DNA of 64,000 nucleotides. Source: Lama guanicoe (taxonomy: Eukaryota). Position 1 is the first letter of the stretch, and each line of letters begins with the position of its first letter. Position numbers and translations under genes: made by a program. Positions 13,571 through 24,960 of the stretch are shown here, in pieces. The stretch spans positions 8,823,231 to 8,887,230 of the forward strand of contig MU054187.1 in NCBI GenBank assembly GCA_013239625.1, read 5' to 3'. Below the pieces are notes generated by a model that was not told the DNA's origin, did no database searches, and saw nothing but the letters and a program-made list of their open reading frames with translations.

Positions 13571-14397
13571 AGCAACAGTGCCTGACAGTGCGCATGTGGA
13601 GGGTGGAAACTCAGCAAGAAAGAAGGAGTTCTGAAAAATTCTTTGTCGAAGAAATAATGATTCTTGTGGATAGACCTCAAGGGCATTATGCTAAGTGACG
13701 GAAGTCAGTGAGAGGCTCAGTTCTCTCCTTGGAGTTGTTATCCATAGCGTTTGCCTGGCAAATTCTGAATGTAACCAATAATCAAAAAAGATAATTCACT
13801 GGGGAAAATACAGACTAGCTTAAGAACCAATGACTAAATTTTAAAAGGTTACTTTTCAATGATTGTTATATGACACTTGAACATGCTTTCCTGTAGAAAA
13901 AAAGAAAAGTTTTAAAAAGCGATTTAATTTCTGGACCTAGATAGTCCTCCAAACTTAAGTCATAATGTACTAAAGGTAGTTTATTCAAATACATCTAGAA
14001 CATTATTTAGATTATTTTTTAAATGAACATATAATGAATTTTATTCCCTCTTGTGGTAATCATTACTGTAATATCTATTTTGGGAGTTGAGAATAGGTAC
14101 TTTGGGGACATCAGCAGCTCTGACACTAGAGAAAACAGCTGTCTACAGTGGTATAATGGAAAATATTTTAATAATATATTTGCCTAAGAGGGTAACTCTT
14201 TAGGCCATTCCCTTCCCAACATACTAAATGGGGCCACAAAAGACCTTTGTTATGAACCCCAAAGAGCTCTCCTTCCCCAGCATTGCTCCTCACTGTTTTA
14301 TGTAGTCAGTTATAAATTATGGTTATGAGTTGGGAATACTTATATTACACACAGTCATTCTCATACGGTGTTAATTCATTCAATAAATATTTATTAA

Positions 14398-14995
14398 GGT
14401 AAAGGTGACCTTGTTCTGAAGGCTAGCTGACCAGAAAAGGAGTTGGCCTTTTACAAGGTTTAACAGCTACTGGCCATGGCCCTGCGCTCAGGACAATGAT
14501 TCCCGGTCAAACCCAAGGCTTGGCCCACCACCCTCAGTGATGCCACAGGAAAGAGCTTTGCATTCCTGATCCTGAAGGCTTACGTGGCAAATTCCACCAC
14601 TGCCTTGTCACAGCACAGAGCTACAATATGGAACCAGAGTTGCAGCCTCCTTATCTGAGGAGGAAAGAGCTGGTGTTATCCCATACACAGAAAGAGCTGT
14701 CAGGACAGGACCGGAGCCAAGGTTCTGCCACTTTGAAATGCTTTTGTATTCAGGGAAGTGGATGATGCTTGTCTTATCATGCAGCTTAAAAGGCCCATAG
14801 CCTAAGGGTCAGGGACCCTCTCCCGGAGTCTAACATCTGTACTTGCTAGATCTCTTTGCAGTGCCCTGTAATGTGATGAGAAACAGGGGACCTGTTATTG
14901 CTCCTGTCTCCGTGAGTTTTCCCCATAAACACCACTCCAGCAGGCCTGGTGCATGTGCCGCTTGGCCATTTGCCCTTGATGAACAAGTGCAGACA
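14398..14995 (+). mobile_element. ERVL-type solo LTR (MER70-like)
   Basis: About 600-bp insert in L2 ending ...acaagtgcagaca. Approximate 5-bp TSD attaa/ataaa. Confidence 0.6.
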
Positions 14996-15293
14996 ATAAA
15001 TCAGGCACGGGAGACACAGGAGTAAACAAAACAGAAAGCCCCTGCCCTCAAGCTTCCATTCCCCTGGGAAGAGAGAAAGCCAACAAACGCAGCAGTAGAC
15101 AATGTACCAAGTGGTGAGAAGTGACGTGAGGAATAAGAAAGCAGTGGAAAGAGACAGAAGGATCACGGAGATACACAGGGTGGACCACAGAAGTGACATC
15201 TGAGCAGGCACCTAAAGGAAGCAAGGGACAGAGCCACCCACGCACGTGTCTGTGCAGGGAAAGGTGTTCCTGGCTAAGAGAACTCAGCGCAAA

Positions 15294-15913
15294 TGAGATG
15301 GGAGGGGGGCAGGCACAGCCACTCAAGGAAAGCTACAGCAATTAACATCGAAATGGTGAAAGATTCAACCCCCAGGGGGCCTTGAGGCTCGAGATGGTGG
15401 GAGATTCGACTTCTAGCAGATCTTGAGCTTCATTAGACACTCGTTGTAATGTATTAACATGGTGCATAACATGCCCACAGGCCCATGGCAGGCCCAAAGC
15501 CAGCCTCAGAAGGTCAGAGTGGGAAATGGCCAACTTCCTGGGAATCCCAGTCCCTTCCCCAGACTAGTTAGACTGGTCCTTCCACTTATTTGCATATGAA
15601 GCCACTGAGCCCATAAAAACCGGCAATGTGGTGCCTCGCCTTGGCCGCCCCCCCCCCCTTCAGAGACAGCCCGCACTCTATGGAGCATATACCTACTTTT
15701 AATCTGAGCGCCCAACCCCCACACCTCATGGCCTTTCTCTTGCCTTTCAATGTATCTCTCTGAATAAATCTACTTTTACCCAACTGTGGCTCGCTCCTGC
15801 ATTCTTTCCTGCGCAAAGCCAATGACCCACACGTAGCAGGGCACATCCCAGGGGCTCAACCAAAGCCTGGGACACAGCCCTTCTCACAGCCCACATTCAT
15901 TTTTCCTGCATCA
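15294..15913 (+). mobile_element. MER41-like ERV1 solo LTR (620 bp)
   Basis: Termini TGA...TCA, perfect TSD CAAA (15290-15293 and 15914-15917), TATA-like cataaaaa, AATAAA, and gctcgctcctgcattctttcctgcgcaaagcca typical of MER41 U5. Confidence 0.85.
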
Positions 15914-16598
15914 CAAAGACCTTGAGGCAGGAGAGTATCTTGTATGTCTGAAAAAGAGCAAAGAGGCTCCTGTGTTGCAGGAGATCAAGAGCAGAGGTGA
16001 GTGGGAGGGGATGAGGTCCTTCAGGCCACAGCGGAGGCTTTGGCTTTTACTTTGGTTGGAACGCCATTGGAAGAAGCTGACTCAAATGTCAGAAAGATCC
16101 CTTGGGTTTCCTGTGGAGAAGAGACAGGGAAGGGAGAAGCATGGGATGACATGCAAAAGCAGGGAGGTAATTAAGGATGGACTGTAATAATCTTGGCAAG
16201 AGAGCTGATAGCTCAGAGCGGATGAGTGGTAACAGAGATCATAAGAAAAGGTTGGGTTTCGGAAATATTTCCAAGATAGAGCTGCTAGGATTTGCTAATG
16301 AATTTGATGTGGAATTTGAAAAAGAAAAGCTAAGAATGACACAATCTTTTTTTGGTCCAAGCAACTGGAAGCCATTTATTGACATGGGGAACTAGAGGAT
16401 GATCAAGTTTGTGAGGACAAGCTGAGTTCAAGTTGGAACATGTTAAGTTTGAATGGCCTCGTAGATCAAGAGGACATACTAAATAGAAAACTGTATGTGT
16501 CACTCCCGGCCTTCAAAGAAGTCACAGAGATGAGATACAAACTTCGGGGGTCACCAGCACAGAGGTAGCATTTAAGCACACAGGTGAGGTCACCCGGA

Positions 16599-17683
16599 AA
16601 CCCATGCACAAAATGTGGTCTGGGATCTCTGAAGATGCCAAAGACCCTTTCAAGAGGTCCACATGGTCAATGTATTTTCATAATATACTGAAAAAAACAT
16701 TTGCTTTTTTCATTCTCATTCTCTCACAAATGTTCAGTGGAGTTTTCTAGGGACTACATGAGATGTGTTACAACAACAGATTAAATGCAGAGGCAGACAG
16801 GAAAACTCAACTGCCTCCTGTTAACTCAGGCATGAAAGAGATTAACAAAATGTAAAACAATGCCACTAGTAGCTAAATTTTGGTGCTTTGGAAAATATAG
16901 GTATTCTTCATAAAAATATGTTATTTATCTTAATATGTAGTAGGTTTTGTCAGAGAGGAAGAAATTTTCCTCTACCCTTCTAGGTTCCTCTGGCTGATCT
17001 AAGAATTAAATCAACACGGGAAATATTAACAGGAGAAAATCAATCAAAAGTTTAGTAATATGTGTACTTGGGAAAGACCCAGAAAAACCTAAGTTACTTG
17101 CCAAAATGGCCTAAACCTTCACCTTAAATACCATCTTCAGCTAAAGACAGAGGAGAACGCTGAGGGTAGTGGTTTGAGACTCCAAAGGGGAGGAAAGCAA
17201 TCGACATGGAGATGGAAAAGCAAAGGTTTGGTAACAGAACGTTTGCTGGGCCCTGCAGAGACAGCGGGACACACTGGACTCTGATCGCCAGGAGCTGCCC
17301 AGTTCCCCCCACCTCACCTAGCCCATATGCTTTGCAGGTATCTCTGGGATAGCTCTACTCCAGGGGCAGACCCTCTGTCTAAGTTCTTTCAGGCAGTTAG
17401 AGGGAAGGTCAAAGTTTCTTCCTGAGTCTTTTGGGCTGTAACTATTTCAGCTTGAAATAATCCACATGCCAAAGAGACATTTGGGGGAGGCAAGTTTTTC
17501 TCCCCTGCAGTTTGTTATTGTTATTTTTAAACAAGTTAACAAATGTTTAAAATTTCTCAGTTTCAATTTCTAATACCATGATTATCAAGAGAAATAACTC
17601 ACAGAAGCAAAAGTTTTGGAGGATCCTCAGTAATTCTTAAAGAGTGTAAAGAGGTCTAAGACCAAAGAGTTTGAGAACTGCTG
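16599..17683 (+). mobile_element. Charlie4a-like hAT DNA transposon split by an LTR
   Basis: aatgtggtctggga...ttcattctcattctctcac...gtttgagaactgctg. The halves rejoin at taggttt|gttattg. Confidence 0.8.
16948..17509 (-). mobile_element. MER34-like ERV1 solo LTR (562 bp)
   Basis: TG...CA termini and perfect TSD GTTT (16944-16947 and 17510-17513). cagcttgaaataatccacatgccaaagagacatttgggg is the reverse MER34 5' end. Confidence 0.85.
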
Positions 17684-18144
17684 ACCCAGGGAGGTTAAGT
17701 ACCCAGGGGGGTTAAGTACCCAGGGGAAAGGCAGGAAGTCTAAGAAATGAGGTAAAATGGATGAGGAGAAACCAGGAAGGAGAGTGAGAAGCCACCAGAG
17801 AGTCTGAAGGAAAACCGAGAGTCCAGAGGGCAAATCAGGAAAGATTTCTGAGAAGGGAGCGATCAGCTGCATCACACGCTGCAGAGACCAAATGAACTGA
17901 GTACTGACTCTTAGATCTGACAAGACAGGAGTCAACAATGACCTTGACAAGAGGATTTTGTCAGAGTGGTAAAGACAAAAGTCTGACTAGAGGGAATTCA
18001 AGAAATAATGGGAAGGCAGGAAATGGAGAGGGAACTGTGAGCCACATTTAACAAATTTAGTTTAAAAAGAAAGCAGATGTCTAGGGTGGAATTCAGAGTG
18101 GATGTAACATCAAGAGAGAATGTTGTTGCTTTCTCTATTAAGGG

Positions 18145-18728
18145 TGTTTTAAAACATAGTATATTCACAAAACTGCTGAGGTACAGTAAGACCCACAGAT
18201 AAGAAGACAATTTTAAAAAGATAGTTTGTTATATTCTCACAGGTTCTGAGAGTGTACATCACGCCACGGGGGCCACACTCAGAAGCACCGCGGTCAGTCG
18301 TGAGGAGGATGAGAGAGGGGCGTCTTCACTGTGGGTTTTTAATAAGCAAGGCAGGGTAAGCAGGCTTAGGACTGGCTAGTTGGAATAACTTCACTGGGCT
18401 CTGGGGCAGAGGAGCTGTCCCTTGTTGTCTGGTACCTGGCCCTGGGACACGTAAGGGAGGTATATAGTGGACCAAAGGGAGAGTCTGACAAAGGAGACAG
18501 TCAGGGGTGTGGATTCCGGATGGTTTGGTTTGCATTTGATTGATTGATTGATTCCCAAAAAGGAAGATGGGTAATAAATGAGGAGAGCAGCAGGTCAAGG
18601 CAAGGTCATTGTTGACTTCTGTCTGGTCAGTATTATCAGGTTGTCAAGAACAAGGCATGCCTGGCATGTGCCTGTAAGGCAGATGTGAAAGCATCAAGTT
18701 TATAGACGCTAGAAATATGGTCAATACA
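18145..18728 (-). mobile_element. MER73/MER74/MER54-group ERVL LTR
   Basis: Reverse strand begins tgtattgaccatatttctag...aacttgatgctttcacatctg. It interrupts the L2. TSD not resolved. Confidence 0.65.
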
Positions 18729-19509
18729 GAAGACTATAGCAGTGTGTTTATGTGATGATGGAAACTATCCAGGAGTTGGAGGGAAATTAGCCACTTAAGA
18801 GAGAGGAGGCACACGATAAAGATGACTTCGACTTTTGAGTGGGCAAGAGGGGCGGGATACTGTGCACTAAAGAAGTATGGATGGTCTTTTATCATCATAG
18901 GTCAGAAGGAAGGAGGTGTGGGTGCAAATCTAAGTACATGGTAGACTGGTAGTGGGAGCATGTGGATGCTCTCTTCAGATTCCTTTCACAATTGAAGCAT
19001 AGTTGATTTGCAGCAGCATATTAGTTACCTGGCTTGATGTTGATTCTGAAATGTGTTTCTGGTTTTCATCTATAACATACTGTGAGCACAGTTCCATTAC
19101 CTGAACATACCGCCCTGCAGCATCGATCAGAAGTTGTGCACCTTTGGATGTCTAAGGAGTATGCAGACCCCAAATGCTTCCTGATACATTAAAATTCACC
19201 CTTGCATTAAGCCAGAGGAGCATAGTGTACCCCTAGAATGTATAGGTTTGTTCCCTTATTGAATGACTTTGAGATGAGTGAGGTCCCTTCCACATCAGGA
19301 ATGCTTTGGTGCAATTTCAGTACCCCTTTCTCATGTTTGTATTCTCCCTCAGGCACTCTTTTGTATGACTCTGCTGTATTTCACAGATTCCTGCAAACTA
19401 CCTTCAAGTCTTTTTTGGAATGAGATAAGGTGTAAACAAAAGAGCACCCTTTCTTTTCCAAGCCACAGCCCCTCCTCCCACCCCACCCCAATACACAGAT
19501 GGTCCGACT

Positions 19510-19790
19510 CAACTTATGCCTCAATTACTGTAAAAACCTTCTGGCTGGTTTCCCTGCCTCTGTTTTCTCCTCTCACAAATGCTGGATTCCTCTTCTGCAA
19601 TGTTGTTTTCATCACGTCACCCAGCTGCTCACAATCGCAGTTGCCTGGTAATCATACTGTTGTAGGTGCAGTCTTCAGGCATGCGCACAGAGCCCTCCAT
19701 CAATTGCCCACACATGTCCAGTTTTATCTCTCATGCTCACTGACACAGTGCCTCTGCCCCAGATCATTCAGACTGATGCCATCTTGGCCT
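19510..19790 (+). mobile_element. L2 fragment
   Basis: aattactgtaaaaaccttctggctggtttccctgcctc...catcacgtcacccagctgctc resembles the L2 3' region. Confidence 0.6.
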
Positions 19791-19814
19791 TTACCCCCCA
19801 CAACCATGCGAAGC

Positions 19815-20380
19815 CCACCTCCTGCAACTACTATCTGCATCGCCCTTGGAAAACCATTTAAACTGCAGCTTTCCCAGCTTCAGTCTCTTCAGCTGGAAAA
19901 TGGGAGATGGACCTAGAGAATATTACGCTTAGTGAAATAAGTCAGACAAAGACAAATGCTTCATAACATCACTTACGTGTGGAATCTAAAAAAATCAAAC
20001 AAATGAATGTATATGCAAAACAGAAACAGACTCACAGAGATAGAGAGCAAATTCGTGGTTATCAAAGGAGGAGAAGGGACAAATTAGGGGTATGGAATTA
20101 ACAGAAACAAGCTTTGTACTAAATACACAAGCAACAAGGATATGCTGTGTCATACAGGGAATTATAGCCATTATTTTGTAATAACTTATAATGGAGTATA
20201 ATCTGCAAAAATACTGAATCACTCTGCTGTACACCTGAAACTAACATACCACTGTAAATCAAGTATACTTCAACTGTAAAAATTTTTATTTAAAACAAGG
20301 AAAATGGAAATAATACTTCGCATGTTTTTCGTAAAAAGGGATAGCGTATCAAAGTGCTTAGATTAACAACTAAACATGTA
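19815..20380 (+). mobile_element. MIR SINE split by an L1 3' end
   Basis: MIR core cttcagtctcttcagctggaaaatggga resumes as ataatac...aaagtgcttag after the L1. Confidence 0.65.
19906..20298 (+). mobile_element. 5'-truncated artiodactyl-type L1 3' end
   Basis: gatggacctagagaatattacgcttagtgaaataagtcagac...tgctgtacacctgaaactaac. TSD ggaaaatggga (19895-19905) / ggaaaatggaa (20299-20309). Confidence 0.9.
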
Positions 20381-20534
20381 ATGAATAAAGATGCCTATCT
20401 TCTCAAGTGCCTGGCACAGAGTTGGCACTCAACTCGAAGTGTTTCTGGGTAGACTGTCTTTTGCTTCTGCTCACACTATTGGCACAATCCTGAAACACTC
20501 TGCTCCCTCCTCAGTCATTAGTTCCTAAAGGGCA

Positions 20535-20650
20535 GGCAGTGGGCACACAGGACTTGGAGTCAGACAAAGGGAAGTTTGAATCCTGGTCCACTCCACTTAC
20601 TACTGCATCAGCTTGGGCACATGACATCAGCAACCTTCTGTGTGTCTCCT
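20535..20650 (+). mobile_element. MIR 5' fragment
   Basis: ggacttggagtcagac...gtttgaatcctgg...ccacttacta. Confidence 0.65.
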
Positions 20651-21507
20651 CCCTGGCTCTGCGGACGAAGTGGAGCCAGGAGCTCAGGGAAGGCTGTCCA
20701 AGACACGCCTGACACAGTCATGGGAACGTCATCGGTACCGTATCTTCCACTACTGTGTCCTTCGTATTAAAAACTGATACATGCCTAGTCTGGTTTAGTG
20801 TGAGATAAGGTGGCTGAGTTGTTCCTTGACCCACGGCACCCAGGAATGGTAAGAGTTGAGATGTAACAACTGAAAAATGGACTCCCCGGGTAAGATTTCA
20901 TTTTCTAGCTGCTAGTAAGCTGCGAACAAGCCCGGGAGTAATGGTATCACCTCCTCAAAGGGTCCCAGACTAAGAAATAAGACTGGTAATAAAATGATGA
21001 AATAAGAGCTTTAATTAGTCCAAGTACCTGATTCACACACCATTCTGCTTAGATTTCTTTACCCATATGTAAGTATCTCACATTACTTTTGTACATCCAA
21101 AATACACAGCTGGACAACGAGCGGGCGCTTTGTCACCTCTAAATATATAAGGACACAAATCACAAAGTCACTTTCCTTCTGGGACGCAGCATCCTCACAA
21201 AGAGTTCTTCCACTCATCAGACCCAAAGACAACCTATGGAACTGATGAGTTTTGCCTTGGCACGGCCTTCACTTACAAATCTTGCTAATTCTGATACTGT
21301 GCCCTTCTGTGCATCCCAGTATCTCTAAGCACTAAGTTGCTGCCTGTAAAGCCCCAGTAGCACCGCCATCACTTACCCCACCCACCACATCCCACTTCCT
21401 AACCAACTTTGGACCTAACCTGAAATGAAGAGACTGACAAAATTCAATTTCCCCTATGTTCATTCCCTAATTCCCTTTCTGTCTAGTCTGATTTATTCTA
21501 CACTGCG

Positions 21508-21975
21508 TGTTAGGGGGTGGAATTGCATCCCCCTTGAAAAGGATATGCTGAAGCTCTAATTCCCAGCACCTCAGAATGCGACCTCACTTGGAAATGGGGT
21601 TGCTGCAGATGTAGCTGGTGAAGGGAAAGCCACACTGCAGTGGGTGGGCTCTTAATCCAGCATGATTGCGTTCTTGTAAGAAAAAGAGAAGGACACAAGA
21701 GCAGGAGCCGCGTGATGACACAGAGCCACAGGATGCAGGAATGAAGACACAGGCAGAGGTCAAAGTGACACGGCCACAAGCCAAGGGCTACCTAAGGCCC
21801 CCAGAAGCTGGAAGAGGCAAGGAAGGGTCCTCCCTTGAAGGCTTCAGAGGGAATGCGATCCTGTCAACACCTTGATTTTGGACTTCTAGGCTCCAGAACT
21901 GTGAGACAATACACTTCTGTTGTTTCAAGCCACCCAGCTTGGGCGCTATGTTCTGAAGCCTGGGACGCTGATGCA
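21508..21975 (+). mobile_element. MLT1C-like MaLR solo LTR (468 bp)
   Basis: TG...CA termini and hallmark cagaagctggaagaggcaaggaa...ccttgattttggacttctaggctccagaactgtgagacaata. TSD ctgcg/ctgtg (CpG decay). Confidence 0.9.
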
Positions 21976-22793
21976 CTGTGAGTCTGTGTTGTTTCCCAGA
22001 CTCACTCAGAGCAGGAACTCCTCTCTTCTCCACGGCACTGAAGGTGTGTCAACCTTCCCTGCACCACTCTGCATTGCCTTTAGTTCCTTCTTCCTGAAGT
22101 TTAATAGTGCTCATGGATACCAATGGATTGATGGCTGTCTTCTCTTTAAAGTCTTTGCACTTCTTTCCTCCAGGAGCAAAGAAGTGTCAGGGCAGTGCAA
22201 TGACATTTAAAGAGAAGGCCCTTTCAGTTCTATAGTTAAATGCACACAATATGCTCAGAAGCTACAATAAATACTATTTCCACTGTTTCTAGACATCACA
22301 AATTTCGAGCACCTCTGGGTAACAGCATGCACACTGTCAGAAAAACTATCGCAGACTTCACAGAGCTGACCTCTCTTCATCCAGTCCTGTTAAATTCAGG
22401 CAAGAATGGCAGTACTGGTCAACTGTACCACTTGCAAAACAAAAGCTGAGTATTTCAAATAGAACCAAGGGCTTGTTTGATGTCAGGAAGGGTTGAGAGT
22501 CCCAGGAATGGAAACTATCTGGTTGATTTCTCCCATTTTTCACTGTTTAGGTTTTTCATTATATTCCACTTTCATGAAACACTCCAAGTGGACGGCACAG
22601 ATTTGACTTTTAAAAACCAGATGTCTGATGTTTTGGGTCCTCCTTTTAAATTAACATAGGCAAACAATGTTATCTCCGTGTTAACAAAAGAAACCGGCTC
22701 CTCCGCCCTTTGTGCTCCTTGCAGAGACACTGGTAAATGAAGGCCACACTTGGTCCTCCGGGCACATTTGCTCAGGACAGAACTGGTGCCAAA

Positions 22794-23006
22794 TCAGCCA
22801 GTTCCTTTCTGGGAAATGACACCCAGCAGCCGGGCCTGGATCTCCCGTAAGCCCCACATGCTGTCGACGCAGCTCGGAGGCCGTGCTCGGATCAGGCAGC
22901 TGGTGCCCACAGCCGCTGACAGCCGCCCTGAACTGCTCCGACCTGCTGCGTACCATTTTCCTTGGGCTTTCCCGAAATTTGCTCCTCCTGCGTCTCTATA
23001 TGACCC
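22794..23006 (-). other. Candidate terminal coding exon, phase 0 (unverified)
   Basis: attcctgtgggcag|GGGTCA... gives 70 codons GSYRDAGG...LREIQARLLGVISQKGTG then TGA. CpG-rich and repeat-free. The acceptor is weak and I recognise no protein. Confidence 0.15.
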
Positions 23007-23329
23007 CTGCCCACAGGAATGAGATGCTCCTGGAAGACCCGCAAGTCTTTGTCAAGATGATTAATAATAATAACAATAATAACAATAAGCTTTCAGGGAC
23101 AGATGAAGCAGACGAAAGGAGAGGGAAATGAACTATATACTTAGTAGTTTTTCTTGGGAGGTAAGTATTCCCACCACATCCCCAACCTTAAGATGTGAGT
23201 ATTCTATTTTTCTGGAAGCACAGACTCTGGTTCTATGATTAGCTCTAGGAGCTACAAAGGCTCCATCAGACCAAATCTTTGATTTCAAGGCTGCTTTGGC
23301 TCTTGTTTCTCAAACCTGGTAAGCAGGCG

Positions 23330-23510
23330 CCGAGAAGGTTCAGTCCTAGCTTGGAAAAGCAGCTCAGTAGGTGGTGCGCAGACCTCAGAGCAAGCACGCG
23401 GTCGGCATCTGCTCGTTGTAAGAAGTGCGGCTCGCAACCCAGGTGGGGAGAGGGGTGTGGGCGGGGTTAACTTATACATAGTTACTTTATGCTGTGCCAT
23501 CTTGCAGCAG
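23330..23510. promoter_or_regulatory. Candidate promoter/insulator element
   Basis: CTCF-like TCAGTAGGTGGTGC (23364-23377), SP/KLF box GGGGTGTGGGCGGGG (23452-23466), YY1-like GCCATCTT (23496-23503), local CpG enrichment. Confidence 0.3.
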
Positions 23511-23869
23511 ATTTTCTGAGGACTTTGTGTGGGTTTGTCAGGGAAGTAAAAATTGGGTCAGAATAGTTTCACACCCTACTACAACGTTCTTCGCGTGGTT
23601 TTTTTTTTTTATAGCCTCAATTTAGGCAAATCATATTCATGTGTCATTGCTAATTTTCAAAACAATGACACAAGAAGACTTTGGCTAAAAAAGAATAACA
23701 CATTTCAATCTATTCTTGCTTTTCCCTAATCTATCATTTCAACATTATTACAAGGGACTCAAAACTGATCTGTAAATATCATTCCTATTTTGCAGGGAAG
23801 TGATTACAATGTTTTGTGTTGAAAAAGTTTATTAAGCTTGAATTTTTTTTTGACCAAAAAAAGACTTTT

Positions 23870-24275
23870 AAATGGACACAAGATTTTCCATATTTATTTA
23901 GATGTCATGATTATCAAATTCATGACTGAAAGGAAACTGAGAGTGTCATAAAATATACTGAATGACAGAATCAGGATTTAAAATTATTTCAATGAAGTAA
24001 AAATCCTGGAAAACCTGACATGATTATGTAGCACGGTTGTAATATTTGTTATAAATGCAAATCCTGGCACTTGGGCATCAAAAATCGCGATTATGTAAGG
24101 AAAGATGAAGTGGCGACATTTGGGAGGCTGACCAAATAAATTTTGTTGAGTGCAAACTCAGTGTAAAGTGACCTGCCAGGAAAGCTAACATTTTAGACAG
24201 CCTTCTAATGCCAAAACGAATTCAGACAAGACCCCTGCTCTCCTCCTCACAGTCCAGGCCTCACCTGGAGTCTGG
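23870..24275 (+). mobile_element. L3/CR1 LINE fragment
   Basis: attatcaaattc...aaactg...ctgaatgacagaatcaggatt, ataaatgcaaatcctggcacttggg and aggcctcacctggagt resemble the CR1 RT C-terminal region. Confidence 0.7.
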
Positions 24276-24339
24276 AAACTTCCTTGCTTCTAGGTAGTGC
24301 TCATGAAGTGGAGCCCACACCATCCAGACCAGTTCTGAA

Positions 24340-24503
24340 AATGAAGATTCTTAAACCCTTTAATAATCTGATCACAGTTACAGACTTTCTGTGCAGAAAA
24401 ATGCACATACATACAACTTTACATTCCTTTTCCACATGTTCACAGATTCCTTAGAAGGTCTAAGAGCTACCATTACCCTTGGATCCCTGGTTAGGAACTC
24501 CTA
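24340..24503 (+). mobile_element. hAT-Charlie MITE (MER117-like)
   Basis: aatctgat...cagaaaaatgcacatacatac...ggttaggaactcct. Confidence 0.55.
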
Positions 24504-24809
24504 ATCCAGAATAATCCAGAACAACCAGAGTCAGATGTGTTCTGGAACTGAGGTTCATCTTGAATCCCATACTGAAAGGTCTGCTTCACTCATTCCTGCT
24601 GAAACCGAAGACCAAGTTGGGTGGCCCAGGGCAGCCGTCACTGACTTGTGCAGAATACACTGGTTTTCTCCTTTCACAGAACTGCGGAACGCAGTCAGTT
24701 CAGTCACTTCAGCAAATATCAGTGAAATATCAGAAATCCTTCCTTAAATGCATAGACATCAACTAATTTTTTTCCTGTTTTAGCTCCCTATAGGGAATAG
24801 TTGTAACAA

Positions 24810-24960
24810 TATTAGCTAAGATTTATTAAGCACTAACTACATGCCAGCCACTGTGCTGAGCCTTGCGTGAGCATTCTCGGTACAGCCCCACAGCAGTGTT
24901 TCTCCAGTTCAGACGAGGACACTGGGGCAGAGAAGTTGTGCAGCTTAGCAGCGGTCACAC
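24810..24960 (-). mobile_element. MIR SINE fragment
   Basis: atttattaagcactaactacatgccagccactgtgct...cagacgaggacactggggcagagaag. Confidence 0.75.

Larger units (their letters stand above)
14371..19000 (-). mobile_element. Long L2 LINE hosting nested LTR and DNA-transposon insertions
   Basis: L2 3' terminus ttcattcaataaatatttatt at 14375. Colinear L2 sequence resumes after each insertion, e.g. gcgcaaa|gaccttgaggcagg. Confidence 0.8.

Noticed and set aside
17684..17727. Tandem 17-bp unit acccaggg(a/g)ggttaagt, about 2.5 copies
   Set aside because: A local slippage duplication at a transposon junction. It has no spacers and is not CRISPR-like.
19278..19916. 212-aa ORF, the longest in the track
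   Set aside because: It runs across an L2 fragment, a MIR and into an L1 end. It has no domain and no splice context, so it is treated as a chance frame.
23097..23160. Plus-strand exon-like unit ending GAG|gtaagt
   Set aside because: The acceptor lacks a pyrimidine tract (it is preceded by (AAT)n) and there are no partner exons.
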